Notes under the pieces: model-generated | Databases searched by the model: none | The model's input: the letters and a program-made list of their open reading frames with translations, nothing else | What the model was told of the DNA's origin: nothing | Assembly: GCA_907165135.1 (NCBI GenBank) | Contig: OU015567.1 | Coordinates: 7,750,001 to 7,814,000 of the forward strand | Direction: 5' to 3' | Length of the DNA stretch: 64,000 bases | Source of the DNA: Oikopleura dioica | Lineage: Eukaryota > Animalia > Chordata | Shown here: positions 1 through 11,507 of the stretch, piece after piece | Layout of the letters: each line of letters begins with the position of its first letter | Position numbering within the stretch: the first letter of the stretch is position 1 | Position numbers and translations under genes: made by a program

Positions 1-667
1 GGACTAGAAACGTTAAGAAGGGGAAAGAACATTCTAGCATTTTCCAGTACAATTACAATTGTCGATCGAGAATCGAATCAATAGAATTACGACTACAAAG
101 GTCCTTATTTATTACATAGGATGTTTGTAGGAAAAATACAATCATTTGGTGAATGAATATTTACTTTGAACAAATACCAATAGCGTAGTAAAACTTTGAT
201 TCAATTATTCAGCTATCTTACGATGCTGGACCACATGGGCGACCGGCTGGATCCGTCTTCCGGCCGCGAGCTCACCGAATGGGCTTTGGCGAATGAAAAA
301 TTTAACAGGAAATATTCGCAAATGCATGAAAATTTCACACCTAAGTGAGTTCGTCTATTCTTGTCGCAGTTTGTGTTTATTTTTGCATTGTTGCGAATCC
401 TCGAAGCCAAAAGTTCGAAAAAGTAGAGTTCAACAGGGATGAATTTTCTAATTGGAGTCCTCCAGGATTGTTGGAAGCTGCGAGAATCTAATTCCGTTAA
501 CACTAACTATTAGCACTATTGATTATTCATCCTAATCGCTAAAATACTTTTTTCCAACTCGAAGGGGCAGCGTACCTCGAAAATGTCGATAAGAATCACT
601 GGGTTGAGATCATTTCCTCGTCGATAAAACAGGCTCAAATCGATTTTCAACCCTTGAAAAGCCAGAC

Positions 668-3359
668 ATGAAGATGGAAGTCGATCAAGATTCAGTGGCC
701 AGCAAGCAAGAAACTCCTTGGTACATGGGCAAAGCTGCCAATCGAGTCATTTATTATCCGCCAGCAAAGTCGGCTCCACACCCTGATGATGTGGAAATGA
801 AGGAGCAGGAAAGTAAGAAACGAAAAAGGAAAGCAGCCAATAAGAAGGAAAATGACCCGTGTGGAAAAGGAAGAGTTTCATCGATTCATATTAGTCTTGA
901 TTTTTATTATCACAACTTGAAACTTGAGTCAGCCCGAAAACCAGCCGTCAGTGTGCCGGCGCCTTTTTTACACACTGCTGCTGATGAACTCGTTCGCCAG
1001 GCCGAAAAGCAAAACAAGCCGGTTACATCTCCTCCATCAACCGGCAGACCCGTCAAGATTCCAACCTTCAGCACGCCATACATTGGAAGTGTATTTACTA
1101 AAAACAAGAAAGAAGAAGAACATGATGGGATCAAAGGAATCGACAAGAAACTGGTGGACATAATCGAGAATGAAATTATGAACACAAAGAAGAATATGTC
1201 CTGGGATGACATCGCTGGATTGAAAACAGCCAAAGAGGCCATCAATTATGCTGTTATAGCACCGATGAAACGGCCCGATCTGTTTACGGGCATTCGATCA
1301 GCCCCCAAGGGGGTTCTTCTTTTTGGACCACCAGGTTGAGATTCATTAAATTTGCTCGATTCTTTATTGTTTTCTTAGGAACAGGGAAGACATTGATTGG
1401 AAAATGTATCGCAAGTCAAGCAGGAGCCACGTTTTTCTCGATTTCTGCTTCTTCCTTGACTTCGAAGTGGATCGGGGAGGGAGAAAAATTGGTGAAAGTC
1501 CTGTTCACCCTTGCGAGAAGAAAAGCTCCAAGTGTCGTGTTTGTCGACGAAATTGACTCAATGTTGAGCGCAAGATCAGAGCAAGAGCATGATGCTAGTC
1601 GACGAATCAAGGAAGAGATTTGCGACTTCTTAGATTTCACTTTCTTATGAAATTTATTTTCAATCTACGCAAAGACAGAATTCCTGGTCCAAATGGATGG
1701 TTGCCGAGAAGACGAAGACGGTAAAATTGTCCTCTTGATCGGCGCAACGAACCGTCCCGAGTGCTTGGACGAAGCTGCCCGCCGTCGTCTTACTCGACGT
1801 TTATACATTCCACTGCCTTGCCACGATGCTAGGCGACAAATTATCAACGATCTGCTGAAAGATCAGACGCATACGCTTACACCCCGCGATTTTGACAAGC
1901 TGGTCGAGGGAACAGAAGGGTACTCTGGTGCTGATTTGAACTCTCTCTGTCGTGAGGCCGCACTCATGCCGATGAAGGTAATTCAAAAACTTGGAATTCA
2001 ATTTCAGAACTGATTTTAGGATCTTTGTTTGGAAGATCTTGACATCGGTTGCCAGGGTGCTCGATTCGTCTCGTCAAATTCGTCCGATCCGAGGACGAGA
2101 CGAAACGAGAAAATTCGTCGTCAATTCGTCGTCCCGGCACCCGAAAAATCCTCGTCCAAACTCGTCCTGACGATTTTTTTTCATTTTTCGTCCGACGAAA
2201 ATTTTTCGTCCGCTCGTCTCACCGAAAATTTTTTCCGGCCTCGTTTTTTTCGTCAGCTCGTCCAACCGAGATTTCTGTATTAAACTTCAGTAAAACGGGG
2301 CCCCTGAATCGCAAAAATTACATTACAATAACTTTCCGTTAATATATTGTTAAAATTTAACCTGCATGCTTCACTCATTTTGATTAGTGAAACATCCTTA
2401 ATTTTCTCTTTGAAAAAATCGAATTTCTGATAAAGCGCGGTTTGTGGGAGTATCAGGGTGGAACGTTCGGACCGGGCAAGTCGGGCAAAAAACCGGGCGG
2501 CGTAGGGCTCGATTTTACGAGGTAAAAATCGGGCAAAGTCGGGCAATAGGGCAAAAATCGGCGCCAGGGAAAATAGTCGGCGCCCGGAAGAAAAAATGGC
2601 ATCTTATGGGACATTAATACTCAAATTTTCTTTAAGAACGTCCGGTTTCGGTTCTCCATGAGTGCCCTTCTTCCTTCGGGATACAAAATAATCCTTCTTC
2701 TTCAATAAATTAACATATTTTTTGGTTTTGGGGTTGCCGAAATTTCCGAGCAAAAGTCGGCGCCCGGGCAAATCGGGCGGGCAAATAATCGGGCGGCCAT
2801 CGGGCGGCGCCGACAAAAAAAATTAATCGGGCGGGCAATCGGGCGGTCAAATTCAATCTTTTTGCCCGAACGTTCCACCCTGGGGAGTATAGAGGTGAAA
2901 ATAACTTTATTTTGAACTATTAGATCGACCGACCACCCGACTAATTTCATTTTTGAAATAGCTGGCCACTGTTTCGTATCCAAACAAGACCGACCGATAG
3001 CCCGACCTGGTCGGAATGGTCAGTGCCGACCCTTGGTTGCACAAGCTGGACAAGTTTTTTTTCGGTTTTCGGCAGGACGAACTAGACGAGTTTTTTTCGG
3101 TTTTCGGTTGGACGAGCTTGACGAATTTTTTTTCGTCCTCGTTTTCGTCCGTTTTTCGTCCGTCCGGGGAAGATTTTTCGTCCTCGTCCGTCATTCGTCC
3201 GGGAAAATTAAAAATTTTGGACGAATCGAGCACCCTGTCGGTTGCATGCCTGCCATCAAATTGAGTCATTTTCAATCCGCACTTGCCTTCGTTCGACCTT
3301 CGGTGGAAGCATCAGAAATCGTCCGTTACGAAGAATTTCTGAAGAAATTCGGAAGCTAG
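668..3359 (+). CDS. FIGNL1: Fidgetin-like 1 AAA ATPase, multi-exon; last exon interrupted by a 1185-bp MITE
   Basis: Spliced translation gives Walker A GPPG|TGKT (intron 1335-1378), Walker [14 protein letters not shown]|[31 protein letters not shown] and C-terminal RPSV..YEEF..FGS*. HTAADEL resembles the FIGNL1 FKTAKEQL region. A possible upstream exon lies at ~214-344 (ANEKFNRKYSQM), so the true start is uncertain. Confidence 0.88.
2053..3237. mobile_element. Non-autonomous hAT-type TIR element (MITE), outer
   Basis: 18-bp perfect TIR CAGGGTGCTCGATTCGTC; 8-bp TSD TCGGTTGC at 2045-2052 and 3238-3245; many subterminal CTCGTC/GACGA repeats; no transposase ORF. An 8-bp TSD with CAGGG ends is typical of hAT elements. 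Confidence 0.95.
2454..2882. mobile_element. Second hAT-type MITE nested in the first
   Basis: 17-bp perfect TIR CAGGGTGGAACGTTCGG; 8-bp TSD GGGAGTAT at 2446-2453 and 2883-2890; subterminal CGGGC repeats. Confidence 0.95.
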
Positions 3360-3515
3360 ACTTCTCACACAATCACTTATACGCACTGCCTTTTACTTTA
3401 ATAAAGTATTAAAGAGAACTTGATATATTTGATTTATTAGACTAATCTGAGGCGCAGTTGGCAGAAATTGTGGCCCCTCTTGCCACTTTTTTTATGACAG
3501 GAGTCGAAAAACCGA

Positions 3516-4420
<905 letters not shown>

Positions 4421-5040
4421 CTGCCAAAAAAGACGTTTTTAATATTTAAAGAATTTCGACGAAAGTAAAGTGACAAAATTTGCAAAATTTAACCATTAGT
4501 ACAATTAAGCAATCTCAGTGGATGGCTCCGTTAGGGTTATCCATGCAGATACGATTGGATACCTGTTTTCCTTCAGAAGGCTCAACAATGTGTTATTAAA
4601 TTTAAAATAATTATGTCACATGAGTTAAGTGGTCTGAAGATAAAAGAGCCTGTCCTTCAGCCATTGTAAAAGTCTACCGAACCAAGTTTTCTCTAAAAGA
4701 AACTCTTTTAAAAGTTGGAAATAAAAATTTCCAGCGACACAAAAATCAAGGGATCGAAGCCAGAGCTTACCACTTTGCACAAAAGTATCAAAGCGACAAA
4801 AAATGCTCTTCAACAGTGCTAGCGCTTCATTCAAAATAACTTCCTTTCAATAAAACAACTAACAACGTCTTTCATAAACTGCATGAAAAGGGAACCAAGC
4901 ATTATCTTTTTCATGTCATTTTTCATGTTTGCTGAAGTTTATTACACAGTCGATATAAAAGATAGTTTCATAGTATTACTCCAATTTTTTCTGTTTTTCC
5001 TTGTAAGGCAGAATAAAATCTAAGAGTCGAATAATTATAG

Positions 5041-5317
5041 TGAAGGGTGCTTACTTCTACTATCTCTATACTATCTCTGCAGTTGCATATAAAAAGATAA
5101 CAAAAAGGGTTACAGTAAAAAGGGTACTTTATTCTTAATCTTATCTCAGTGGGACACTCAGTCCGAATGCCTATTTCAGGCGGTTACGCTTCTTTATATA
5201 CTCGCCGCAGGTGCGTGCTCGCTAGGGGCGACGGTGAGCCGGAAGCGCTGCGCTTCTAGAATTCTCCAGAACTTTGCCCTGCAACTTGTATTGCATAATA
5301 GTAGTAGCACCGTTACA
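5041..5317 (-). repeat. 3' LTR (277 bp)
   Basis: Direct repeat of 10054-10330, preceded on the - strand by the polypurine tract. Confidence 0.96.
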
Positions 5318-5330
5318 CTCTCCCCTGCCC
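5318..5330 (-). other. Polypurine tract
   Basis: GGGCAGGGGAGAG directly 5' of the 3' LTR on the - strand. Confidence 0.85.
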
Positions 5331-6915
5331 GCAAAAGAAGTTTCAGCCCGGCCGCTTGGAGTCGCACTGTTGTGGCCGCAAGGCGCTCGAAATCAAAAAA
5401 AAATATGTTCGGCGCGTGACTGAAGCGCCAAGTTATAGCATGATTCAAAATGGTTCCGGTTATCTGATTCAGTGCGGGAGGAGAGAACTTTGTGAACCAA
5501 GAAATTTGTTTCTTTCTTTTTAATCAAACAGGTTGTTGGTTTACTGGTTTTGTTTCATCTCACATTCGTATTGCGTCTCGAAAACAATGAGGGTAAAAAA
5601 TTTAAGTTTTTGTTTTTGAAGGATGGCTTGTGAAGGCGTTATGATCTCAAAAACAAATTGTTGACGAATCGCATTCCAAGTCTCGTCGAAATTTTCCTCA
5701 ATTTAACTTATCGCAAAATAGTGTTATTCTCAACTTGTCATATAAACCCTTCCCCACCAATATCTCGTGAAGAATTTCGGTATCGAATGACAAACTGTAC
5801 CTCATCAGATCGATTTCTGCTTTATTCTTACGACTGGTGTTGGCAGGGTAAACTTACAGCGAAAACAATCTTCATCATTTTCCTGTTCTTGTTGATCTTC
5901 TTTTGTAGTTCTCCTTTAACAACAAATATGACTAGGCATTCTATTGAGACCCTTCCCCTTGGGAGGAGTACCTTTACAAAAAAGACCACTGTTGTCGGTA
6001 CGAGGTTACTTCTTTCGGACACTCGGTGGGTTTCTCTCACTCTCGTTTGCTTCCGACTCGTTCTTACATCCTAGACTTTGTTTTGACTTTGTAACGACCA
6101 CCTCTCATTCTCACTGTCGACAGATTTCAGTCTCGTCATCGTTGGGGAGGCCATTTGAAGTGTCCTTGATCGCAAATGAGCCGTCGATTGACATCTAGGT
6201 TCTGTTAATTAACCGCAGCGTTTATTATCGCTTGCCATATCATTGTTCTAAAACAACTTTCTTCGGATCTGTACAATATACTTACTTGAAAGAACCTTCG
6301 GAATGACTTCTACTGGACGTATCCGTTTCATGCAAAACAAAAAAGAATACAGATCATATTAAGTAGCCGAAGCCATTCTATTCGTTCGGATGGCAAAAAA
6401 TTTATCTCTCGTTGTGTTCGTTAAACATGTGAAAAAAAATTGACTTTGATTGATAAACCTAGGATAATCTTTGTCATTTTTGTCACCTGGCTCGGTTTAC
6501 TCTTGGTGGCTGTGAATCCAATTTCCAACTCGTTGGACTGACTCACCACCCAGTATGCTAGTTCAAAATCGTTATGATTCTTTAATTAAGATTGTCAGAT
6601 CCGGTTACCTTTATTTTGATAGCAGCTCTCTGTATATTGTCTTCTCTCTCATCAAGGTTATCTCAAATGATGAAAACGACTGTCGGCATTCTAAACATTT
6701 CATCGCTTTAAATTTTGGAACAAAAAAATCAGTTTATTCGTCGTCTTTGATTTTTCGGTTTAAGGCAAAGCGATTTCAATTGTTTCGTATGCCGTTGTTT
6801 TTGGAATTCAGTTTGCATTATTTTTTTCTTATGTTCGTCTTTGCTCGGTGAAGTACTTTTCTGTACCGTTTTCCTTTAAAAGGTTTTGACTTTAAATATC
6901 GCTTACAATGCTTAC

Positions 6916-7716
6916 TCAATTAACTTTTGATGATTTTTCAAAAAGGTCATCTGTTTCTTCGTCGGTTCTTTCCTCAGTGATGGTTCTTTTCCAAAATTCG
7001 AAGAAGTTATTGACTCTTTGTTCTTCCGCTTCTAAACAAAATTCATCTTCAAGCTGACTGATTTGACTCGTATTACCAATTTTGGGTCGATTCGGTCGAG
7101 AAGAGTCCGCTGTCTCTTCATTATCTTTCATTATTCCTGCTGGTTCTGAGTTCTCTTCTGAAGTAAGGCCTTTGCGTTTTATTTTTGTAGTTGAATACTT
7201 TCTGTCCATATTTTCGAAAGCAGCCTCGATCGAACGAAGGCTGAGATTCATGCATTCCTTCCAGTCAAGTTTTTTAAGTCTTCTTGATGAATTGAATGCT
7301 TCAACAATGCGTTGATCTCGTCGAGCGTTCAAGGGAAGCCAGCAAAAGATTTCCTGACGAACGAACTCTCCCTCTTTTAGGTTCTGGGATGCGATTTGAA
7401 GAATAAGCAGCGCGGCGTAAAAAATTCTCGTTAGATCTTCGTTTTCGGGAGTTTTTTCCAACACGATTGATGTTACATTCAGGAGGATTGTTTTTCTTAT
7501 CGAAGTATCGTTTCTTTTAATCAGATCTCTTATGGTCCAGATTGAATCTGGATTCATATAAATAAGGTTATTCAGTTGAGAATGGGTATCGATGATCTTA
7601 TCAATATCACTTTTCGGTGGATACCACGAAATATCAATTTTACCTTGATTCTTCAAACTGTCGCTCATGGCTAGTAATAGTATTGAGACTCGCTGGTTCT
7701 TATCGTTCCGAGTCAT
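6916..7716 (-). CDS. Orphan 266-aa ORF inside the LTR element
   Basis: Intact intronless ORF, same sense as gag and 136 nt downstream of it; helical N-terminal part and acidic tail; no family recognised. Confidence 0.7.
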   Translation of the reverse strand: MTRNDKNQRVSILLLAMSDSLKNQGKIDISWYPPKSDIDKIIDTHSQLNNLIYMNPDSIWTIRDLIKRNDTSIRKTILLNVTSIVLEKTPENEDLTRIFYAALLILQIASQNLKEGEFVRQEIFCWLPLNARRDQRIVEAFNSSRRLKKLDWKECMNLSLRSIEAAFENMDRKYSTTKIKRKGLTSEENSEPAGIMKDNEETADSSRPNRPKIGNTSQISQLEDEFCLEAEEQRVNNFFEFWKRTITEERTDEETDDLFEKSSKVN

Positions 7717-7852
7717 TCTTAATAAATTAAGATCTTATTCTCTAATTTAAAATTGTTTGCTTCTTATCGAATCAAATTCGTTAAATAATCGTTGTTGATT
7801 TTCATGTTATTTTCTTCCGGTGTTTACTCTTCTTCGCCGTTATTCTCCTCGT

Positions 7853-8674
7853 CTAAATTAGTTTACACGTTGACAAATGTTGAATTTTATTACCGCTTGA
7901 CTCGCTTCCTAACGCTTCATTATCAAAGGTTCTTATTTCGAAAATTCCGGGTTCATCTGTTTCTGTTCTCAGTTTCTGAGCAAAAATGCATGCGTCCATT
8001 AAATCTTGTACAGTTAGGGTTAGGTTCTCCAATTTTTTCTCACACGACCTCTTTATTTCCACCTTCGTGGCATCGCTTGCCACTGCCATAATACGATGAT
8101 ACATTATTGTCGCATCTCCTGAACTAACATTATCATTGTTGGCAAGTTTTATCATAAGGTTAAGTCTTGAAAGAAAGGCAATCAAGGATTCGCCAGGCCG
8201 TTTAATTGTTTTATGGATTTTTCGGCTGAGGTCTGAACGGGACACTCCTAAGAAGGTCATCAATGAGTATGTAAATCTTGTGAAGCTCGTTCGCTCTGTC
8301 TCTGGTATCAGCTGGTCGATATAGGAAAATTTGCCAGGCAATGTCGTAAGGAGCAGCGAACAAAGTTGTGATTCATCTACTCCTTGGGCTCGTGCCGCTT
8401 TGAAGCATATCGCGCATGAGCTTAAATGGTCCAAGAAGGAGCTTTCACTCGGGTTCCATTGAGATAGCCCGAAAGAAGACGCTTTAAGACCGACGGGCAT
8501 TTTTGAATTGTCTACTTTCTCCTTTACTATTCTAGGTTCTTTTTGAGTCTCGGGTTCCTTTATTTGTTTCTCCAGATTCTGAAATGCTTTCTTTACTGCC
8601 TCATCCCCTTGTTTGTTCCTGATTGCGCGCTCCATTTCGGCCAATGCTTGTTCAATTTGCCTTTCGGTATTCAT
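7853..8674 (-). CDS. Gag/capsid-like protein (273 aa)
   Basis: First long ORF after the PBS; coiled-coil N-terminus; KRPGESLIAFLSRL resembles the major-homology-region-like motif of Ty3/gypsy Gag; no CCHC knuckle. Confidence 0.75.
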   Translation of the reverse strand: MNTERQIEQALAEMERAIRNKQGDEAVKKAFQNLEKQIKEPETQKEPRIVKEKVDNSKMPVGLKASSFGLSQWNPSESSFLDHLSSCAICFKAARAQGVDESQLCSLLLTTLPGKFSYIDQLIPETERTSFTRFTYSLMTFLGVSRSDLSRKIHKTIKRPGESLIAFLSRLNLMIKLANNDNVSSGDATIMYHRIMAVASDATKVEIKRSCEKKLENLTLTVQDLMDACIFAQKLRTETDEPGIFEIRTFDNEALGSESSGNKIQHLSTCKLI

Positions 8675-9311
8675 TTTATGTGATCTCAGTCTTAAAACAA
8701 ACTTCTGGTTAGAAAGTAAGATAGCAACAACCGATCTATCCCTCGTTCTTCATTTGTTTTTGCGTTGGCCGGTTGGTGACGTCTTCACGACGAATTTGAC
8801 GTCGCGAACTGATGATCAGCAAAATTTTGGCAACAAAAACTTAAATTAAGATTTATTGCCACTTATCCCCTTTTTTGTAAAAAAAAACTCGTGATCAAGC
8901 GGAAGCTTTATTGGCTTCGCGCGTGTGTGTGAGCTGTGTGATGGACAAACATGATCTTTACTGATGGGGAGTATGGTACTCGTGATCAGAGGAAAGACCG
9001 AGATATCCGATTAGTGTGCTTTGACACTCGTGCGGTCAATCAAGATCCGATCTTTGATGTAAAGAGAATTTCTTTTACTTATAGGAGACTTATATTAACC
9101 AATTATATAGCCTTATCACCCTGATTGTAACGCCGAAGCCTAGTTCAGAAGCTAATCAATGTATAACTTATTATAAGCATAATTAGTGGATTTCCGGTTT
9201 GACTTTTGGCACTTACAAGCTTGATAGAAATTACGCATCGGGGAGTCTGACCTTTTCAGGACTTTCGATCTCCCACTACCCGTCAAGTGCTTGCATGGCT
9301 CGAGTCAAAAC

Positions 9312-9797
9312 GAGGGTAATTAAGCATAATTAGGGGACTTTCGATTTGATTACGGCACGCATAGCCCGGCGGCATTACAACAGGTATCCCTGCGACCGCT
9401 CAGGTCTTACAATGGCCTCATGTCAAATCAGAGGGTAATTAAACATAATTAGGGGTTTCCGATTTGATTCCGGCACGCATAGCCCGGCGGCATTACAACA
9501 GGTATCCCTGCGACCGCTCAGGTCTTACAATGGCCTCATGTCAAATCAGAGGGTAATTAAACATAATTAGGGGGTTCCGATTTGATTCCGGCACGCATAG
9601 CCCGGCGGCATTACAACAGGTATCCCTGCGACCGCTCAGGTCTTACAATGGCCTCATGTCAAATCAGAGGGTAATTAAACATAATTAGGGGTTTCCGATT
9701 TGATTCCGGCACGCATAGCCCGGCGGCATTACAACAGGTATCCCTGCGACCGCTCAGGTCTTACAATGGCCTCATGTCAAATCAGGGGGTAATTAAG
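9312..9797. repeat. Tandem array, 4 x 118-119 bp plus a partial unit, in the LTR element 5' leader
   Basis: Units start at 9312, 9431, 9549, 9667 and 9785 (partial). The middle copies are nearly identical; the first is more diverged. Confidence 0.95.
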
Positions 9798-10040
9798 CTC
9801 CTAAACGGGTTACATCAATATAAGGTCAAAAACTGTCACCTGTTCAGGTGTGAGCCACTAAACTTGGGGCCAGAATTCTGGGTGCAAGATATGGCAATGA
9901 CTCAGGGCTGAAATTAATAGTAAGGCCTTTAGGAGTGAGTTATATACTGTCTTATTTGTTTACTTAAATTCCTATTTACTTTTTTGTTTTCTCCCATTTT
10001 ACATACCTGTTAGATCGTCTCGGCTCGGGTTCGTTTAATT

Positions 10041-10052
10041 CTTCTGACACCA
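10041..10052 (-). other. Primer-binding site, tRNA-Leu-like
   Basis: TGGTGTCAGAAG one base after the 5' LTR; matches the complement of the 3' end of eukaryotic tRNA-Leu(CAA) as recalled. Confidence 0.8.
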
Positions 10053-10053
10053 T

Positions 10054-10330
10054 TGAAGGGTGCTTACTTCTACTATCTCTATACTATCTCTGCAGTTGCA
10101 TATAAAAAGATAACAAAAAGGGTTACAGTAAAAAGGGTACTTTATTCTTAATCTTATCTCAGTGGGACACTCAGTCCGAATGCCTATTTCAGGCGGTTAC
10201 GCTTCTTTATATACTCGCCGCAGGTGCGTGCTCGCTAGGGGCGACGGTGAGCCGGAAGCGCTGCGCTTCTAGAATTCTCCAGAACTTTGCCCTGCAACTT
10301 GTATTGCATAATAGTAGTAGCACCGTTACA
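10054..10330 (-). repeat. 5' LTR (277 bp) with TATA box and AATAAA
   Basis: On the - strand: TGTAAC start, TATATAAAG at 10213-10205, AATAAA at 10146-10141, CTTCA end. Confidence 0.96.
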
Positions 10331-11188
10331 ATAGAGATCGTGTTTTCTCAACCTTACCTTGATGAAATACGCGAGCAAGCACTAGAATATTCAACGTAGA
10401 AATAATTCCAAGCGAAGTCATCAGAGCATACCACTTCGCATCCCTGCTGTAATTAGGCCGGGCGAGCATCCTTTCGATTAAATGTTTCCCAACTGAGTAA
10501 CGAAAAGGAATATTTGTCACTAAATTCAGCAGTTTCACAACGGGGAAAAACGCATTCTCAGTATTTCCGGAATATTTCATCAATAAGCGTGTGTGAACGA
10601 AGACGGAATTGACCTCCATTAACAATGAAGTCAGGACGAGACCTAAGTTTTTGAAAATAAACTGCTGAGATGAAACAAGCGCACCTTGATACTTCGTGTC
10701 CTTCAGGCACGTGAGCAAAACAAGATCACAAACAGAGTGGTGTAAGACAAAAAATCCAGTGAGAAGCTTGTTGAATGGCCTTTCGACTAGGACCTTGTAG
10801 GAGTCGTAAACGTAGAAAGCGGCGGAGTATTCAAGTAACGCTTCTCCTAAGGAGTTTATCTTCGATTCCATCACGCTTGGCTTGAAAATATATTGAGTTA
10901 CTGGTTTATGGAAAGAAGTTAAAAACCGTTGGAGAAAGATAGATGGCAATGGGAGAACCAACTGCAAGAATAGATGCATTTGCGAGGGCGGCAATTTCAT
11001 GCTTCCATTTTGCAGTATTCTGAAGAGTTGCTTAAACTGTATTTACGGAAGCTATAAATTTACATGGTGCTCCTTGACATATTCAGGAATCGGGATTTTC
11101 TAAAAAGTAAGACAAATTTATCAAAAACGATGACAGCAGCTGGCCACTTAATCGCGTGGATTACGTCCTCTAAGATTTCTAAAATCAT
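10326..11188 (-). CDS. TLC (TRAM/LAG1/CLN8) domain membrane protein, TLCD1/2-like
   Basis: FFVLHH and LLMEVNSVFVHTRLLM motifs, NxxxxIPFR. Upstream exons (introns such as 10881-10926) give PIPEYVKEHH..KWKHEIAAL. Start codon uncertain; the stop codon falls inside the LTR. Confidence 0.8.
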
Positions 11189-11507
11189 TTTTTTTCTAAA
11201 AAGATGAGTAACTCACTAGCAGGAAATATGTTTTTTGTGCGTGAACGCGTAACAAACTTTTGATTTATTTTGCATCCACTTATGCAAAAGTGCCGATGGA
11301 TGAATTTATATCAGCGACGGGCCCATACTCATGAAAACATTGAGCCAAGAGCTCACTTGCGCCGTTCGGACTAAGCCGATGAACCGAGAGTCTCAACCAG
11401 GGGCGATAAGGTTTCACCCGGTTGTATCATTTTTGAAGATATTCAGAGGCAAAACATTCCATTGCTTATAAACCTGACAGTTTTCCCATTTTCATAGAAA
11501 AGAAAAA

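Larger units (their letters stand above)
5041..10330 (-). mobile_element. Non-autonomous Ty3/gypsy-like LTR retroelement (gag plus orphan ORF, no pol)
   Basis: Two 277-bp LTRs, identical by eye (TG...CA on the - strand); 4-bp TSD ATAG at 5037-5040 and 10331-10334; PBS and PPT in the expected positions; no RT/RNaseH/integrase ORF in the six-frame track. Confidence 0.95.

Noticed and set aside
2029-3275. ORFs listed within the FIGNL1 insertion as transposase or novel genes
   Set aside because: They translate low-complexity subterminal repeats and have no DDE or hAT dimerisation motifs.
5658-6074. env-like ORF in the LTR element
   Set aside because: Antisense to the element, starts at a non-ATG codon, and its hydrophobic run reflects T-rich composition.
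9312-9797. Self-cleaving ribozyme (retrozyme, hammerhead or twister) in the LTR element repeats or LTRs
   Set aside because: No CTGANGA...GAAA core and no convincing twister consensus on either strand by eye. An Infernal/Rfam scan would be decisive.
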